Source of the DNA: Tubulanus polymorphus
Taxonomy: Eukaryota > Animalia > Nemertea
Length of the DNA: 64,000 nt
NCBI RefSeq assembly: GCF_964204645.1
Contig: NC_134028.1
Location: 24,238,345-24,302,344 of the forward strand
Direction of reading: 5' to 3'
Part shown: one piece after another, positions 25,863 to 38,853 of the stretch
Layout of the letters: every line of letters begins with the position of its first letter
Numbering within the stretch: the stretch's first letter is position 1
Notes under the pieces: model-generated
Told to the model about the DNA's origin: nothing
Database searches by the model: none
Seen by the model: the letters and a program-made list of their open reading frames with translations, nothing else
Made by a program: the position numbers and the translations under genes

Positions 25863-28800
25863 ACTTATACGCATTAAAAGGATTGAAAATGACTATATTT
25901 CATGACTGCTGCATTCGGCCCAAAGTTTCCTCGCGTATACGGTCATTCGAAATAATGAGGCGGCAAGAAACACGCGGTATATTTTCATCGAACTTTGGAA
26001 TTTGGGTGTGTAATTCGGTTACAGTCGTCGCAATTGGCTTAAGCTGCATCATTCACATCTCAAAAACTAAAACCTCGCCAAATTCCCTCACAGCCAAGAT
26101 GACAATTTCACGCCGGCGTGCCTCCTACAATGAAATTTATCCTTATGATCTTCTCTTGTCGTATGCATTTCCATCTCTGCATTCGCCTAATACCATTAGC
26201 ATCGCACTCGTAATCAAAGTTCTTCGGCGATTGGTAACCGCCTGCATCGGGGAAAAGCAGCTTACCGCATTTGTTTTTATCAGTTGTTGAAATCCAATAG
26301 TTATTTATTGGAATCACTAAGGTGATTATAGACAAAACCCGCGCAATAGGATTTGCCGCTGTAGATCTTCTGTTTGGTTGATAATTGGCGGAATTTGTTA
26401 TAGAATTAGTGTCTATCTGGCCTTCATCCGACCGCTAAGCTTATTCGGCATTTAGAGCTTCCAGCCCATCAAAGGACAGTCATACTTTTTATCCCTTTAT
26501 ACGGCGAGGAGATACGTGTAGTTGCGGGGCTGACGAAATACCTTAAAACTTGACATCGAATCGTCCACAACTCGTGGGAAAATGTACACCGAATATTCGG
26601 TTTGGAAACCTTACGCCCTGTGTCATTGTAACGGGCACTTTTCGACAATTAGACTTAAATCCAACCGTGGCTTTTACGCATTTTGTTAAGACCGCGATTT
26701 GAACGCGGGGTACATATTTGATTTAAATCGGCACAGACTTTGACAACCGTCGTTTATTAGACGGTGTGAAAGTCAAATAGGAAACCGACAAATAACCGTA
26801 CATTTAAGTCCGTGTCTGTGTCAACTGAACTCGCCGTCCAAATAACGCTGTTTGATAACATTACCGATTACAATAAGTTATTTGCTGGCTGTTATTGCAA
26901 GCCTATTAGCGCACGAATTATTACGTTTTTATCGCCGATGTATAAACGCACTTAGGTTATGTGCTGTAGAATGTAAAAATTTCCAGTTCAGGTAAAAACA
27001 TAATTGTAAAATTGTCGCTTGAATTTACTCATGGTCTGAACAAGTGTTACTCGGATTCAATAAATATACATATAAATATATTACTAGAAATGAGAGAGAT
27101 TTAGATGTTCATCGATATAAAAAGTGTGAGGATGAAAACCGATAGATATTTGGGTAGCGGTCAATTGACACATAAAATACCGGTTCGAAATCTTGTTATA
27201 CGTATATAAAAAAAACCCTACGCACTAAAAACCGCTTAAAAGTTATCAACAAAAACTGTCTATATTACTACACGGTGCGACAAAAATGTTGAAATGTTCT
27301 CGATGACCCCGACAGACTGACGTTTTGAGATCCCCTTGAACGAAAGATGCCTCGAAAAATTGCGCTTCAAGTTGTCTATTGATTGTTTACGAGGACGACA
27401 TCCAAAACCCTTCACGTCAAACACTGAGATCGTTGGTTACCTGTTCACTGCCTTTGTTTCGGGATTGCCGGTCAACAACATCCCCCAGTCGCCATTGTGT
27501 ACGCGGCTGAACGCAACAGGGACATCAGTGAAGAAGCATCGGGCTTATCCGATTTATAACACGTGTGGATAACTGGCACAGGAGGGCTTAGACCCCCTTC
27601 AGTTGGGACTAGAGTGTTTTAAAGTAGAAGTCAAGTCGGCCTTCTGATAGCCCGACAACAAAGAACGCAGATTGGAAATAAAGCTGAGTTGAATATGAAA
27701 ACTACTTCACTTTGCTCTTAACAAGACAATAACAATACATTTTTTACGTATTTAACTTTTGAATAGTTTTGTCTATGCTTGTAAGTAACTGGTTACACAG
27801 ATCAGACGGCTATTGTCTGATCATACAACTATTCTAAAATGTAAGATGCACCCAAAATTCATACGTTGACAAATAACAATACGATATTACGCTAAAACAA
27901 TATATTCAGCCCTCGTGGAGAGATTGAGTTGTGTTTTTAACATTACATCATTATATAACTCCAAAATATTTTTCCTGGTGGTTTTGAAACTTCAACAGAT
28001 TAAGAGAGTCGCAGAAAGTTTCTGTAGGCGGTCTATTCATTCGAGTGAAGAGTTATATATGTACATAACTACTACTTTACTTTGAACAGTAAAACAACAA
28101 AATTATGATTCATCTAAAAACCAAAACCAGATGTTATGCCGAGCTTTTTTGAGGTGTAGTTCTATTTCAAGGAAAAAGGCTCTTTCTTACCGTGAAAAGG
28201 GCCACTTTCGTTTTGAAAAATGACACATCTAAAATATATGATATTCCCGGAATAAATCCTTTGAGAATGGATTGCTTATCATTATCCGAAAGAAAGCATG
28301 AAAATTGTATCCAAATTTTGGAAAAATCTTGATCCAAATTTTTTGACACGACTTTGAAGGGCACTTTGAAAATTTTAGATGGTTCGTTCGCTACCCCCGA
28401 ACCCCTACTCAGCACGAGTCTGACTGATGCAGGGTGGTGATGGTGGTGATGGTGGTGGGATGTAGATAATGGGATGATACCGTTAAAGGCCCGGTGTATC
28501 GTGATAAATAGAACGATTAGACACCGGATTAATTCTACTATTGATACCATACGCTCGTATTATCATGAGTAACGACGTCACCGGTGAGAAGTTTGGTTTC
28601 GGAAAATCGGGCGAAATCGGTTATTTTATGACGTATTAGTCCCGATAGCGGCAGGTTCATGCTTATTATCTTTATAAATGTTGCGCAGAAAATCCCCAAT
28701 GCTCTTAGTGACGTGTAGCCCGACCGTGGAACCGAAGCTATAATATGATTGAGCTTTCATAAGCCTATAATAGTCTTTTGTAGGCTTAAACGCGATGCAA

Positions 28801-31800
28801 ACGCATTAAATATAGTTTGATCGCGTGCATTATCTTTTTTTCAGTACAATAGCCACGTACAATGCGTGTTTTACCATATTAAACAATTCATTTTACTTTT
28901 AAGACTATACCAGTCCCATTTGTATACCGGGTTCTTGTCGGCGCACTGAACGGGATGAAAGCATTTTCTTGAAACCTGATCGAAAGGGGTCGGTCACTAC
29001 TTTTTTTTCAAGTCGATCTAAAAGATAAAGCAAAGCCGAAATGGCGCAGTCTAAATGCACGTTCCCGAAGCCTTACTTTATATCTGTTCATCAAAGTGTT
29101 TACCTACTCTGGATAATGCGATTAAACAATGCTAAAACTTTAGCTTTCACTATAAGCTTATTTCATGGGATTAGCGAAAGGCACGCGGTAAATAGAAAAC
29201 GAAGTCCCTTCGTGAACCACAAGCAAACAAAACGATCAAGGATGCTTCGAGTTTTGTGTATCTCTGTGTATGAAGAGTGTAACGCAAAACCGGGCATTTT
29301 ATGCGCCGTTTAGCGCGGTTGACTAGAGATTGACGCATCTATCCATCTCATTTGCATTACTGTCTTCGATTGGTTGGAAGTAGATAGTGGAGAAAGTGCA
29401 GTAACGGGAATCGACGAGCTGGTGAAAGTTTTTGCTAATATCGGTGTCTAGTTATCTGTAAGTTGGAGTTGTAGTTTGTGGTTGATCGAAATACACACGT
29501 CTACTAATCTATTAGCGGGTAAGTTTTTATGAATCTTTTTCAAACCAGGAACTAGCTCAGAATATTCACCAAACACAAACGATATTGAAATAATTCAAAG
29601 CTTGATTTATTGCCGAAACGAGAGCCAAAGAGAAAGAGAGCGAGGGATAGAGGGACGTGAATTTATATTGCTCCACTAGACAATGGCCAGACGTCAGTAG
29701 GACAAAGTCCAAAATTTAATCACCAGTGCCGAGTGAAGTGAACGGTTAGGATTACAGCGATAAAGACAATATTGATTTTAATATAATTACAATACGGATA
29801 TATAGTACATAATATGTTTGTAATGAAAATTGAATAATGACGTGGATATTGAATTAACAGAAACAATCTAGTTTTTAGATGAATCATATTTCTCTGAACT
29901 GTTTTAAGTTGAATGGTAATTATGTAATATATATTCTCTTCGCGCGCCGTTAAGCGGATTTCAGGCATGCAACTTTTTATCGAAATATGTCTACGATCAT
30001 ATGATTAGATTCTGAAAACGAAAGCCCAAAATTAGAGCATTTTTCAAGACTATTCTCATATTCAAAATATCAGCCGCTAAAACTATTCTTGATATCTATC
30101 AAGTCTGCGAATATGATTCGTAGAGATATTTGTCAACATGTTGATTTATGGTATTTGCAAGTAAGCGTAGAAATAGATACGATCAAGATGGACATGTATC
30201 TTGTGTATATGGTTTGTTTATTGTGCAGTTTGGACATAATATGATTTTGTTACAAAATTTGATAATGCATTACTGAGTTGATCCAACCGGCTAATTTTGG
30301 CCTATAAAAAAGCACAGAAAATATTCATAACTTCTGTTCATAAAGTCATTTATAAAATCATATTTAAACACTGCAGTGCACAAAGATGACTGTAGATATT
30401 TTAAAGTGATTCTGGTAGGGTGCGACGAATTCGAATTCAAATATTTGAATACCGTTTTTTTTTTAGTTAACAGTCGGGATTCGATTTCGAGACACAACCA
30501 TCGAAATTTATTTCTTAGCCCTCCATTTTTGTACATTTCGTATTACGTGATATATATATATATATACCACTTAGTGAATAAGTTTCAGGCGTATAATAGT
30601 AGGGTGTGTAGCGATTACGATACCGAGCACGTGAGTCCTTATCGGTTGTCTAGGACTTACTTCAAGCCGTTCACAAACTGTACAGTAAACAATGAAAAAT
30701 ACAACTGTCGTAGGTATCTACGTTATTTCTTTGTTCGTATATCCCAATTTTAATTCAACCAGCCCAAACACCACTTTCGCTTCGCGGATTTAAACTCGTG
30801 GATGGAATATATTGTTTTTATCCGCGGATAAGGGTTTGCATTTCACATCTTCTGCGCGACACTTGAGAAGTTTACGAAGCTTTTTGCATTATGCGAACAC
30901 TGGTTTTCGACGACTACTTCATCGACAGAGGTATAATCGTTAATACGTGAGATGAGTTCATAATAATCCGGTTATGATCAGGTTTCAATTTTTGTGATCG
31001 AAACAAACCTTTTTGAAGGCGCGCGCGAACGGTTTTAGAAATAAATGAAATATGCGCATAACGGTTGCTAAGTCATTGTCCTCTCCTTTATAAGTCTCAA
31101 GTAGTCAAATATACATGAAATTCGGCCTTAAAAAGTCTCACGCAATTTCAAATGTTATTATGAAACTTTGTAAATGCCACGGGAACAGAATATTTAAGGA
31201 GAATTATGCGGAACATCGTATACTGCACTTCATCAAATAGTCATTGACATGTTGTGGTAGTCAGAATCTGCACAGAATTTCAAATATTGAAATACGGAGG
31301 AGATAACATTTGTTTCTCAAATCGAGATAGAAATGCAAATTTCGATTTCGATTATGGTTGATAACTTCGTGAAAAACTGAAAATGAAATGGATATTTTAT
31401 TAGAACAATTCTGTATGATAGAAAGCAGCAGGAAATTCACTGGTGCATTTATTAGATATAAACTATTTTTCGCCACACAGTCAAACGCGCTTAATCCGGA
31501 TCGGCTTAATCCGAATTTTGGTCTAATGCGGGCAATATTCGCAGTCCATTTCTTCAATTATAAACAAGAAAATGAATTTCAATTCGCTTTCCATCCGTAA
31601 ACCTGGTGAATTGTGTTGGTCCCGAATGATACGAATTAAGCAGGTACTAAACAGTATAGTTTAATATTGAGTAATAAGCACCGATTTTTCAAATGAAGAT
31701 ATGCGTGGGTAACATTGGTTCGGGGAATGAGCTATATGTCAAGAGGGTCATCGACTGTTTACAACCTAGCGTGAATAGGTATTAGCTGAATTAGTGTGCG

Positions 31801-33425
31801 CGTAAATACTATTTTACTGACAAGCTTTTATGATAGTGCCAATCTTGCCTTGTTCTCCGGCGGTTCACATAATACTTTAAAATCTCTCTGTGTTCGCATC
31901 CACTGCGCAATGCCTGTTCATATTTGACGTGGTCGCTCTGCCACAAAAGGGAAATATGAGCTCGTGTTTGGTTTAATCACCCAAACGGAGAAACTTTCAC
32001 GTTTACCGATTTGTCAATAGCATTTAAAGCTAAATACCTAAACATGTACACCTATCTGAGTTCAATAGAAACTTCTATGTAAACAGATTACTGTCCCTGC
32101 GTCTGGATAAAGCCATTTAATAGCGTTAACCATATAGGCCATTTGTCACGTTCGATGCATAGTTGGCTTGTTCGTATACTCAACAAATCAAACATATTGT
32201 ATTTAACTTTATATTAGCGCGTCTTATTACAATTCGGCGATGGCACATCCGCCGAAATCGCGCATCATTTCTGACGACAAACAATGGCTTCCGGTTCCGT
32301 GTTGAATTCAAGCAGCAGATTCAGCGCGAGTCTTAGATGGCTTCGGATCGGATCTCACAGTTAGATAAACCTTATATTTACCCGGAAGTACTAAAATCTC
32401 AATCAGAAGATGTCCGCTCAGAAGCTCATATCCGCACGAATAGCCGCGCCTATTTTAGGCTATTTAATTTAAATACCCCCACCATCCCAAGCAATTTAGC
32501 CCGACCCTAGATTAATTACAACGCAGTCGAAGTCGTGTTATACGTACATGTTAGAAGAACCATTGCCGAGATCACTTTTCCTCGTACGCTTTCGTTTATC
32601 CAGAAAATGAGTTGCACAAGATAAACAGAACCCTTTGATTAAAGAATGAATTGACGGAGGAAGCTCGGGTTATTCAGAGCGGTATTTAGCGCGTTTAAAG
32701 AGCGCTTATGGTGAAGTAATTCTTTCTATAAACTCGAACAGAAGCCCCACTTAAACGAATGAAAAGTTCTTCCGTTAAATTTTTCGGACATTGTCTTTTT
32801 CTTGATGGGTATCACATTCTTGGAGAGATATCTCATCCATCAGTATTTGCCGAAACGAAGTAATCGCATTTCGAGTTTACAATGGCAAATTTCACACCCT
32901 TTCACGAAAATGTCAGCGTAGACCGAACGAAATATCGAGGCATTGCCAAAACTCTTTACTAAAAGCAAAGCAAACACGAGAAAGTGACGAGCATTTTAGT
33001 GCCGTATTATAACGGTTAATAGTTTCAATAAATGCAGGTTGATTTTGTCGATTTCGAGTGGATAGCTTCCTATCGGTAGTTAACTTATTTCTCTTAATCA
33101 TTTATTCGTACCGTGATAAGGTTATCTTGGTTGAATAATTGTAACAGAACTTTTGTAGTACAAATTGATTTCAAAAGAAATTGAATCAATTTCCATAAAC
33201 ATATTAACGTGGTTTTGGCTGAATTCCTATTAAACCAGTACCACATGTATATTGGTATAAGGTACTGATCATCAATTCACAGCAAAATCAATTGTTCTCT
33301 GTGTTTTTATATATCAATAGCGGTCAGTTACTAATGAAATCGTGGGGTGATAACAGAGAAAGTTTTCTCGGTCGACGTATGATAGATCTCTGTATGGCAT
33401 TAATTGGTGATCCGGTCGCGATCGT

Positions 33426-33433
33426 TCAGCCAA
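33426..33433 (+). promoter_or_regulatory. CCAAT box upstream of Dmbx
   Basis: AGCCAATCAG (NF-Y consensus) about 160 bp upstream of the ATG. Confidence 0.45.
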
Positions 33434-33589
33434 TCAGGGCTCTTCATAGCGCACACTGGACTAGAAGTTCGTCGTACTTCAATACGCTTCACTCACAAAG
33501 AAATTCAAACAGAATATCAAAGTTGATCGATCATTCATCATCGCTTCTTCGTTTTTTAGCTTTTGTTCGGAACTTATCGCGTTGTCAAG

Positions 33590-35388
33590 ATGCAAGGATA
33601 TAACGGATTTGCTTTCCCACCACCGGCTTCTGCTCACATGGCGCGATGTCCACTACCGACTTCTCATCATCAGTCCGCGTTCAGTATCAATCCTCATTCG
33701 TCGCTTGTAAATAATCCAGCCCTTTACGGATTTCCAGGAAGTTTCAACGGACCAGTACCGACTCTTACGTTAGCCGAAAGATTAGCAGGTATGATATTTA
33801 TAACTTTCTTTGCTTAAGATATGGAATCATTAATTTGATTGATAGATTTTGATATGATTTGATTTGGTGCCCCTGCTCATATTACAAACCCATGACTAAC
33901 CCATACAAACGAATGACTTTTTAAGAACGATCAAAGACGTGTTGAATGTGTAAAATATACGATGAATTTTCAAGTTTAATTTCATTTCGTAATTCGTTTG
34001 CTTTTTTACTATCTGAAAATGAATAATATAACGATTTACGATTGTTTGTTTTTAGATATCATTCTGGAGGCTCGTTACGGCGCCCAACGTAAGCAAAGAA
34101 GAAGCCGGACTGCGTTCACAAACCAACAACTCGGGGCACTTGAAAAAACTTTCGCAAAAACTCATTACCCCGATGTTGTTATGAGGGAACGGCTGGCTAT
34201 CATGACGAATCTACCAGAAGCAAGAATCCAGGTAAAATTTATTAAGGCTCAATGTTTTTTTCAAATTCATTATCAAAGCTTTTAATTGCCCGGGTAAACT
34301 TGTTTTAGTTTTCCCTATTCTCTTCTTACATATGATGTAAGTAAAGCCAAAGAGCATTTGGATTTTAGGCTGAGTAAATTATAATTGTTATAACAAAAAT
34401 AGATTATTTCTAATGTCTGATTTTGATGTTTAAAGATTATTCAAACCTGTAGCGGTAACAAAACTTCAAAGTTTGATGTTTTATTCAAAATTGTTTCTTC
34501 AAAATTACTGTTCTATATCCCGAATTACTAATAATAAAATTTCCGACATTTTAGGTATGGTTCAAAAATCGAAGAGCCAAGTTTCGCAAGAAACAGAAAG
34601 GCGTGAAAGTCAATCAACCAGCGAAGTCATCGAACGGGCAAAATCTCAGCCATTCGTCGACAACACCAACTCGTGCCATACCGCCATCCGGGTCAGCTGA
34701 TGTGCTTGAGGATGACGGCTCGTCCGATGAAACAATGATGGATGCAGACAACCGCGATGTCGATACTTCAGTCGATGTAGACAATGAGGAAATGTGTGGC
34801 GAAGATGACAATGGCAATGACGTGAACGGAAAGTACGAAATGGTCGAAGATAAACATCAAATATCTGCTGTTAATGAAGGTTAGATTTACAAAAACGATC
34901 GCATTTTATCCAAAGTTCTATTAAGTTAAGAAAACTAAACTCAAAGCTATGTGATTATCATCTTGTGATTTATTTATAGGGTTATCGCAATCGGATTCTA
35001 GTGCTTCTATTGCACATGGAGAAACCAGTACAAAATCAACTAAGTGTCGAAACGGAATCTGGAAAGTTGAGAGTATGATCAATGAACCTTCACAAACAGG
35101 TAATTATTGAAAATCATAGATAATCGTTCTCGTCCAGAATATGCTGATTTAAAAAGAATGATTGTTATTCTAGGGAAAATCTCTTCAGAAAATCATCTAG
35201 TTTCCACGAACCCCATGACTCCATATTGGTCTTCTCCGTTCGCATTTTTGGGCATACGACCACAGCCGGGACTCGACAACAGTGCAGTTACTGACATACC
35301 GTTCGGACATTCCACTTCTCATCATCAAATACCAGCGAGCATGTACCCAGCATACGCGTGGCAGCAACTTTACTATCACATCCAACAA

Positions 35389-35421
<33 letters not shown>

Positions 35422-35754
35422 AGATACCCGTTCAACAGACTAACGACGGCAACGCACAGCTCAACATCGGCTTGGGCAAACCCTGAACAACACGACCCAG
35501 CGGCGTCTTGGATAGAATCACCTTTCGCAGATGCCTCGAGGATCCACGTCTCTTCGCCAATAACCGCCGCTCCGAACGAAAAGTTAGACAGTGAACGCGA
35601 CGAAACTTCGTCGGCCAATATCGCCAAGAATTTAAGCTTAGATACTTTGCGTAGTAGAGCGAGAGAACATACTGATTCGTTGAGTTCAACGCCCGATACT
35701 AGAAGTCTACGAGAATTGACTCAACTTCCTAAACCAAATTCAGATGAAAAGTAA
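33590..35754 (+). CDS. DMBX1: Dmbx (paired-class K50 homeobox), 5 exons, 466 aa
   Basis: Exons 33590-33788, 34056-34231, 34555-34879, 34980-35099, 35174-35754. [16 protein letters not shown] leader; homeodomain QRRSRTAFT...[13 protein letters not shown]...[11 protein letters not shown] with K50; OAR-like [12 protein letters not shown]; 13-Gln tract. Confidence 0.93.
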
Positions 35755-36620
35755 ACAATTTCTTGTAATTCGCGAAAGCACTTTCCGGCGTGTTTTCGTG
35801 TTCTGGTTTTTTTTTTGTTGTGTATTCGTGTCTTCAGCGTAAAAATTAAACTATCATATTATTAGAAGAAATATACCTTGAATATTCCCATCTTTTCAAT
35901 TTTTCGTCGTTATATTTATTGTGAGGAATGATCTTATTCTAGGAAATGCACCCGCTTGTTCACCGCAGGCAAGCGAGGAATTAACTAGGATCAGATGCAT
36001 GTTCCGCGCTCATTACATTATCGAAGTCGTTTAGAGCAAATGATAAACACGCCGTCAGGGCCTGGCCTGCCTAAGATCCAAATCTAACTTGGGCTCCGCT
36101 TCAGTTGCAGTAGTCGTCGTCCGCCGCAGTGTCGAGTGTCCTTTCTCAGTGCTTCGGGTCCGCCGGGCTGCATGTTGTAATTGAAAACTAATAATTTTAC
36201 TTCACATATTTCATTCTTATATTCCCATGACAAAATCTAAGGAAAAAAAATAAATCCACTGCTTTTCAATGTTCCGGTGTTTCCACTCGACTGAGCAACT
36301 GAGTCTATCGCATATTGAACGAGACACTGGCAAGCAAAGGTGAGGCTTTGGCGAGTGAGGTTTCTGGGATTTCCCCATAGATGTATCCAGTGTCGGCCGG
36401 TATGCCGTGTACACATAATAGTCCTAATTAATTTTAGATTCTCCCTTTCAAGCAAATTCTAATGACAAAAATGATTAGATATTTAGTATCCCTGGTAAAT
36501 TCTTGAGTGAATTAAATTTGTTGATTAATTTACCATAAATCATACACTTTATTTTAACAAGGGTTACCCGACTGGAAATTTTCATAGGCAGCACTCTATA
36601 TTTCAAACCAGGAAGTTCCA

Positions 36621-38749
36621 GATTGATGTCTGTCTGCAGAGTTTCCAGAACCTGTCATGTCAGGTCTTAAGTCCCGAAAAAACCCAAACTCATGACAATA
36701 TTTGACGGAACGGCGAAATATCTAGGCATGTGTTAGACGAATGGAAGAACATTTTGAGTTGAATGAATATTCTGACCCGTCGTTAATATCGAAAATGATT
36801 CAACAATAACGATAAGGAAAATGTTCTGACAAATAATTCATTTGAAAGGTTGATTTATAAGAAGAAAATATTTATGTGTAAACTATGACTTATTTCTGTA
36901 TTAAAGGTAAAAAATACGTTTCTGGCAAAGATGAATTAATTAATGTAGAAATAAGAGCACATTATAAGAGAATATTTTCGCTAGATGAATCGAGGTCTTG
37001 ATATTTCGTTTCCGCAATAAGACACTGAAAATTATCTGCTCACTATCACAGTTCGGCAACACTCCTCACTGTCCTGAAGTCCTGAAGTCTCACTATTTAT
37101 ATTCATTTTCTTTATGATGTACATGTAAAAGAGCCGAATGCAATATAGAGACTGATTTTAAATCAACTCATCAATTTAAAGCATGAAGTTTTTTTCTTAT
37201 ATCAGTTTTAATGCAGACCTGTCACCACAGGTCCCGAGAAGCTCTGTAAAATGGCGCGAGCCGCCGTGTGAGGTCTCGCTTCATAATTAATGTTTTATAG
37301 TAACTTAAGATTAACTATATCCATGGTTAGCAATCTATTTTATATTCATTACTATAAAGATACCATAAAAAGTAAAGTTTTTTCCATTTCATCAGTTTTA
37401 GTGCAGACCTGTCACCACAGGTCCCGAGGAGCTCTGCAAAATGGCGCGAGCTGCCGTGTGAGGTCTCGCTTCAAAATTATTGTTTTGTAGTAACTTAAGA
37501 TTAACTATATCCATGGTTAGCAATCTATATTATATTCATTACTATACAGATACCATAAAAAGTAAAGTTTTTTCCATTTCATCAGTTTTCAAGCAGACCT
37601 GTCACCACAGGTCTCGAGAAGCTCTGCAAAATGGCGCGAGCTGCCGTGTGAGGTCTCGCTTCATAATTAATGTTTTATAGTAACTTAAGATTAACTATAT
37701 CCATGGTTAGCAATCTATTTTATATTCATTACTATAAAGATACCATAAAAAGTAAAGTTTTTTCCATTTCATCAGTTTTCAAGCAGACCTGTCACCACAG
37801 GTCCCGAGGAGCTCTGCAAAATGGCGCGAGCTGCCGTGTCAGGTCTCGCTTCATAATTATTGTTTTATAGTAACTTAAGATTAATTCTATCCATGGTTAG
37901 CAATTTATATTATACTCTTTACTATAAAGATACCATAAAAATTAATGTTTTCCTTCATTTCATCAGTTTTAGTGCAGACCTGTCACCACAGGTCCCGAAG
38001 CTCTGCAAAATGGCGCGAGCTGCCGTGTCAGGTCTCGCTTCATAATTATTGTTTTATAGTAACTTAAGATTAATTCTATCCATGGTTAGCAATTTATATT
38101 ATACTCTTTACTATAAAGAGACCATAAAAATTAATGTTTTCCTTCATTTCATCAGTTTTAATGCAGACCTGTCACCACAGGTCTCGAGAAGCTCTGCAAA
38201 ATGGCGCGAGCTGCCGTGTCAGGTCTCGCTTCATAATTATTGTTTTATAGTAACTTAAGATTAACTCTATCTATGGTTAGCAATTTATATTATACTCTTT
38301 ACTATAAAGAGACCATAAAAATTAACGTTTTCCTTCATTTCATCAGTTTTAATGCAGACCTGTCACTACAGGTCTCGAGAAGCTCTGCAAAATGGCGCGA
38401 GCTGCCGTGTGAGGTCTCGCTTCAAAATTATTGAAATCAAATAATTCACAATCATTGCATCTTTACAAGGCAAACATAAATTCTTAAATGAATTCATAAC
38501 ACACCATAGTTTGTTTTTTGTTTTAGAATAATATATTCAGAAAGCACTAAGATATGTTCTTTTTGTTTCTTATCGGCTATCATTTGTTTTAAATCCGCGC
38601 CTATCATATCTTCTAATCGTCTATCATCGGTTCAGTCATTACGATTTTCATTTTAGCAAATCGACCTGTCACCTGAGGTCCCACCTGTCATGTCAGGTCT
38701 TGGGCCCTGACATGACAGGTTCTGGAAACTCTGCAGACAGACCTAAATG
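36621..38749. mobile_element. Non-autonomous TIR DNA transposon (element 1) with internal satellite; 8-bp TSD AAGTTCCA
   Basis: Perfect 37-bp inverted repeat 36628-36664 / 38706-38742, extending imperfectly to the ends. AAGTTCCA at 36613-36620 and 38750-38757. No transposase ORF. Confidence 0.85.
37201..38432. repeat. 190-bp tandem array, about 6.5 copies (inside element 1)
   Basis: Units start at 37201, 37391, 37581, 37771, 37962, 38151, 38342. Core is the palindrome GACCTGTCACCACAGGTC. Confidence 0.97.
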
Positions 38750-38853
38750 AAGTTCCAAGTACGTCTAATAAATTGAGTAATAAATTTAATAGGGGCGGGG
38801 TATACTACAAAGAGGAGCTTTTCTACTTTTGTGGCTGATGTAACAAGCGGAAA

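Noticed and set aside
28167-28550. 127-aa ORF with a poly-His run
   Set aside because: The His run comes from a short (TGG/TGA)n tract. No domain or splice support.
29370-29530. ATTGG box and donor GCGG|GTAAGT as a distal Dmbx or lncRNA first exon
   Set aside because: Motifs only, with no identifiable acceptor partner.
36050-36420. GC-rich patch after Dmbx as an ncRNA or retroelement fragment
   Set aside because: No recognisable RNase P/MRP, SRP or RT motifs, and the frames are short.
37201-38432. Palindromic repeat array as a CRISPR array, and the repeated MFYSNLRL ORFs as genes
   Set aside because: The units are near-identical along their whole length with no unique spacers. The DNA is eukaryotic with no cas genes, and the ORFs start at non-ATG codons produced by the repeat.
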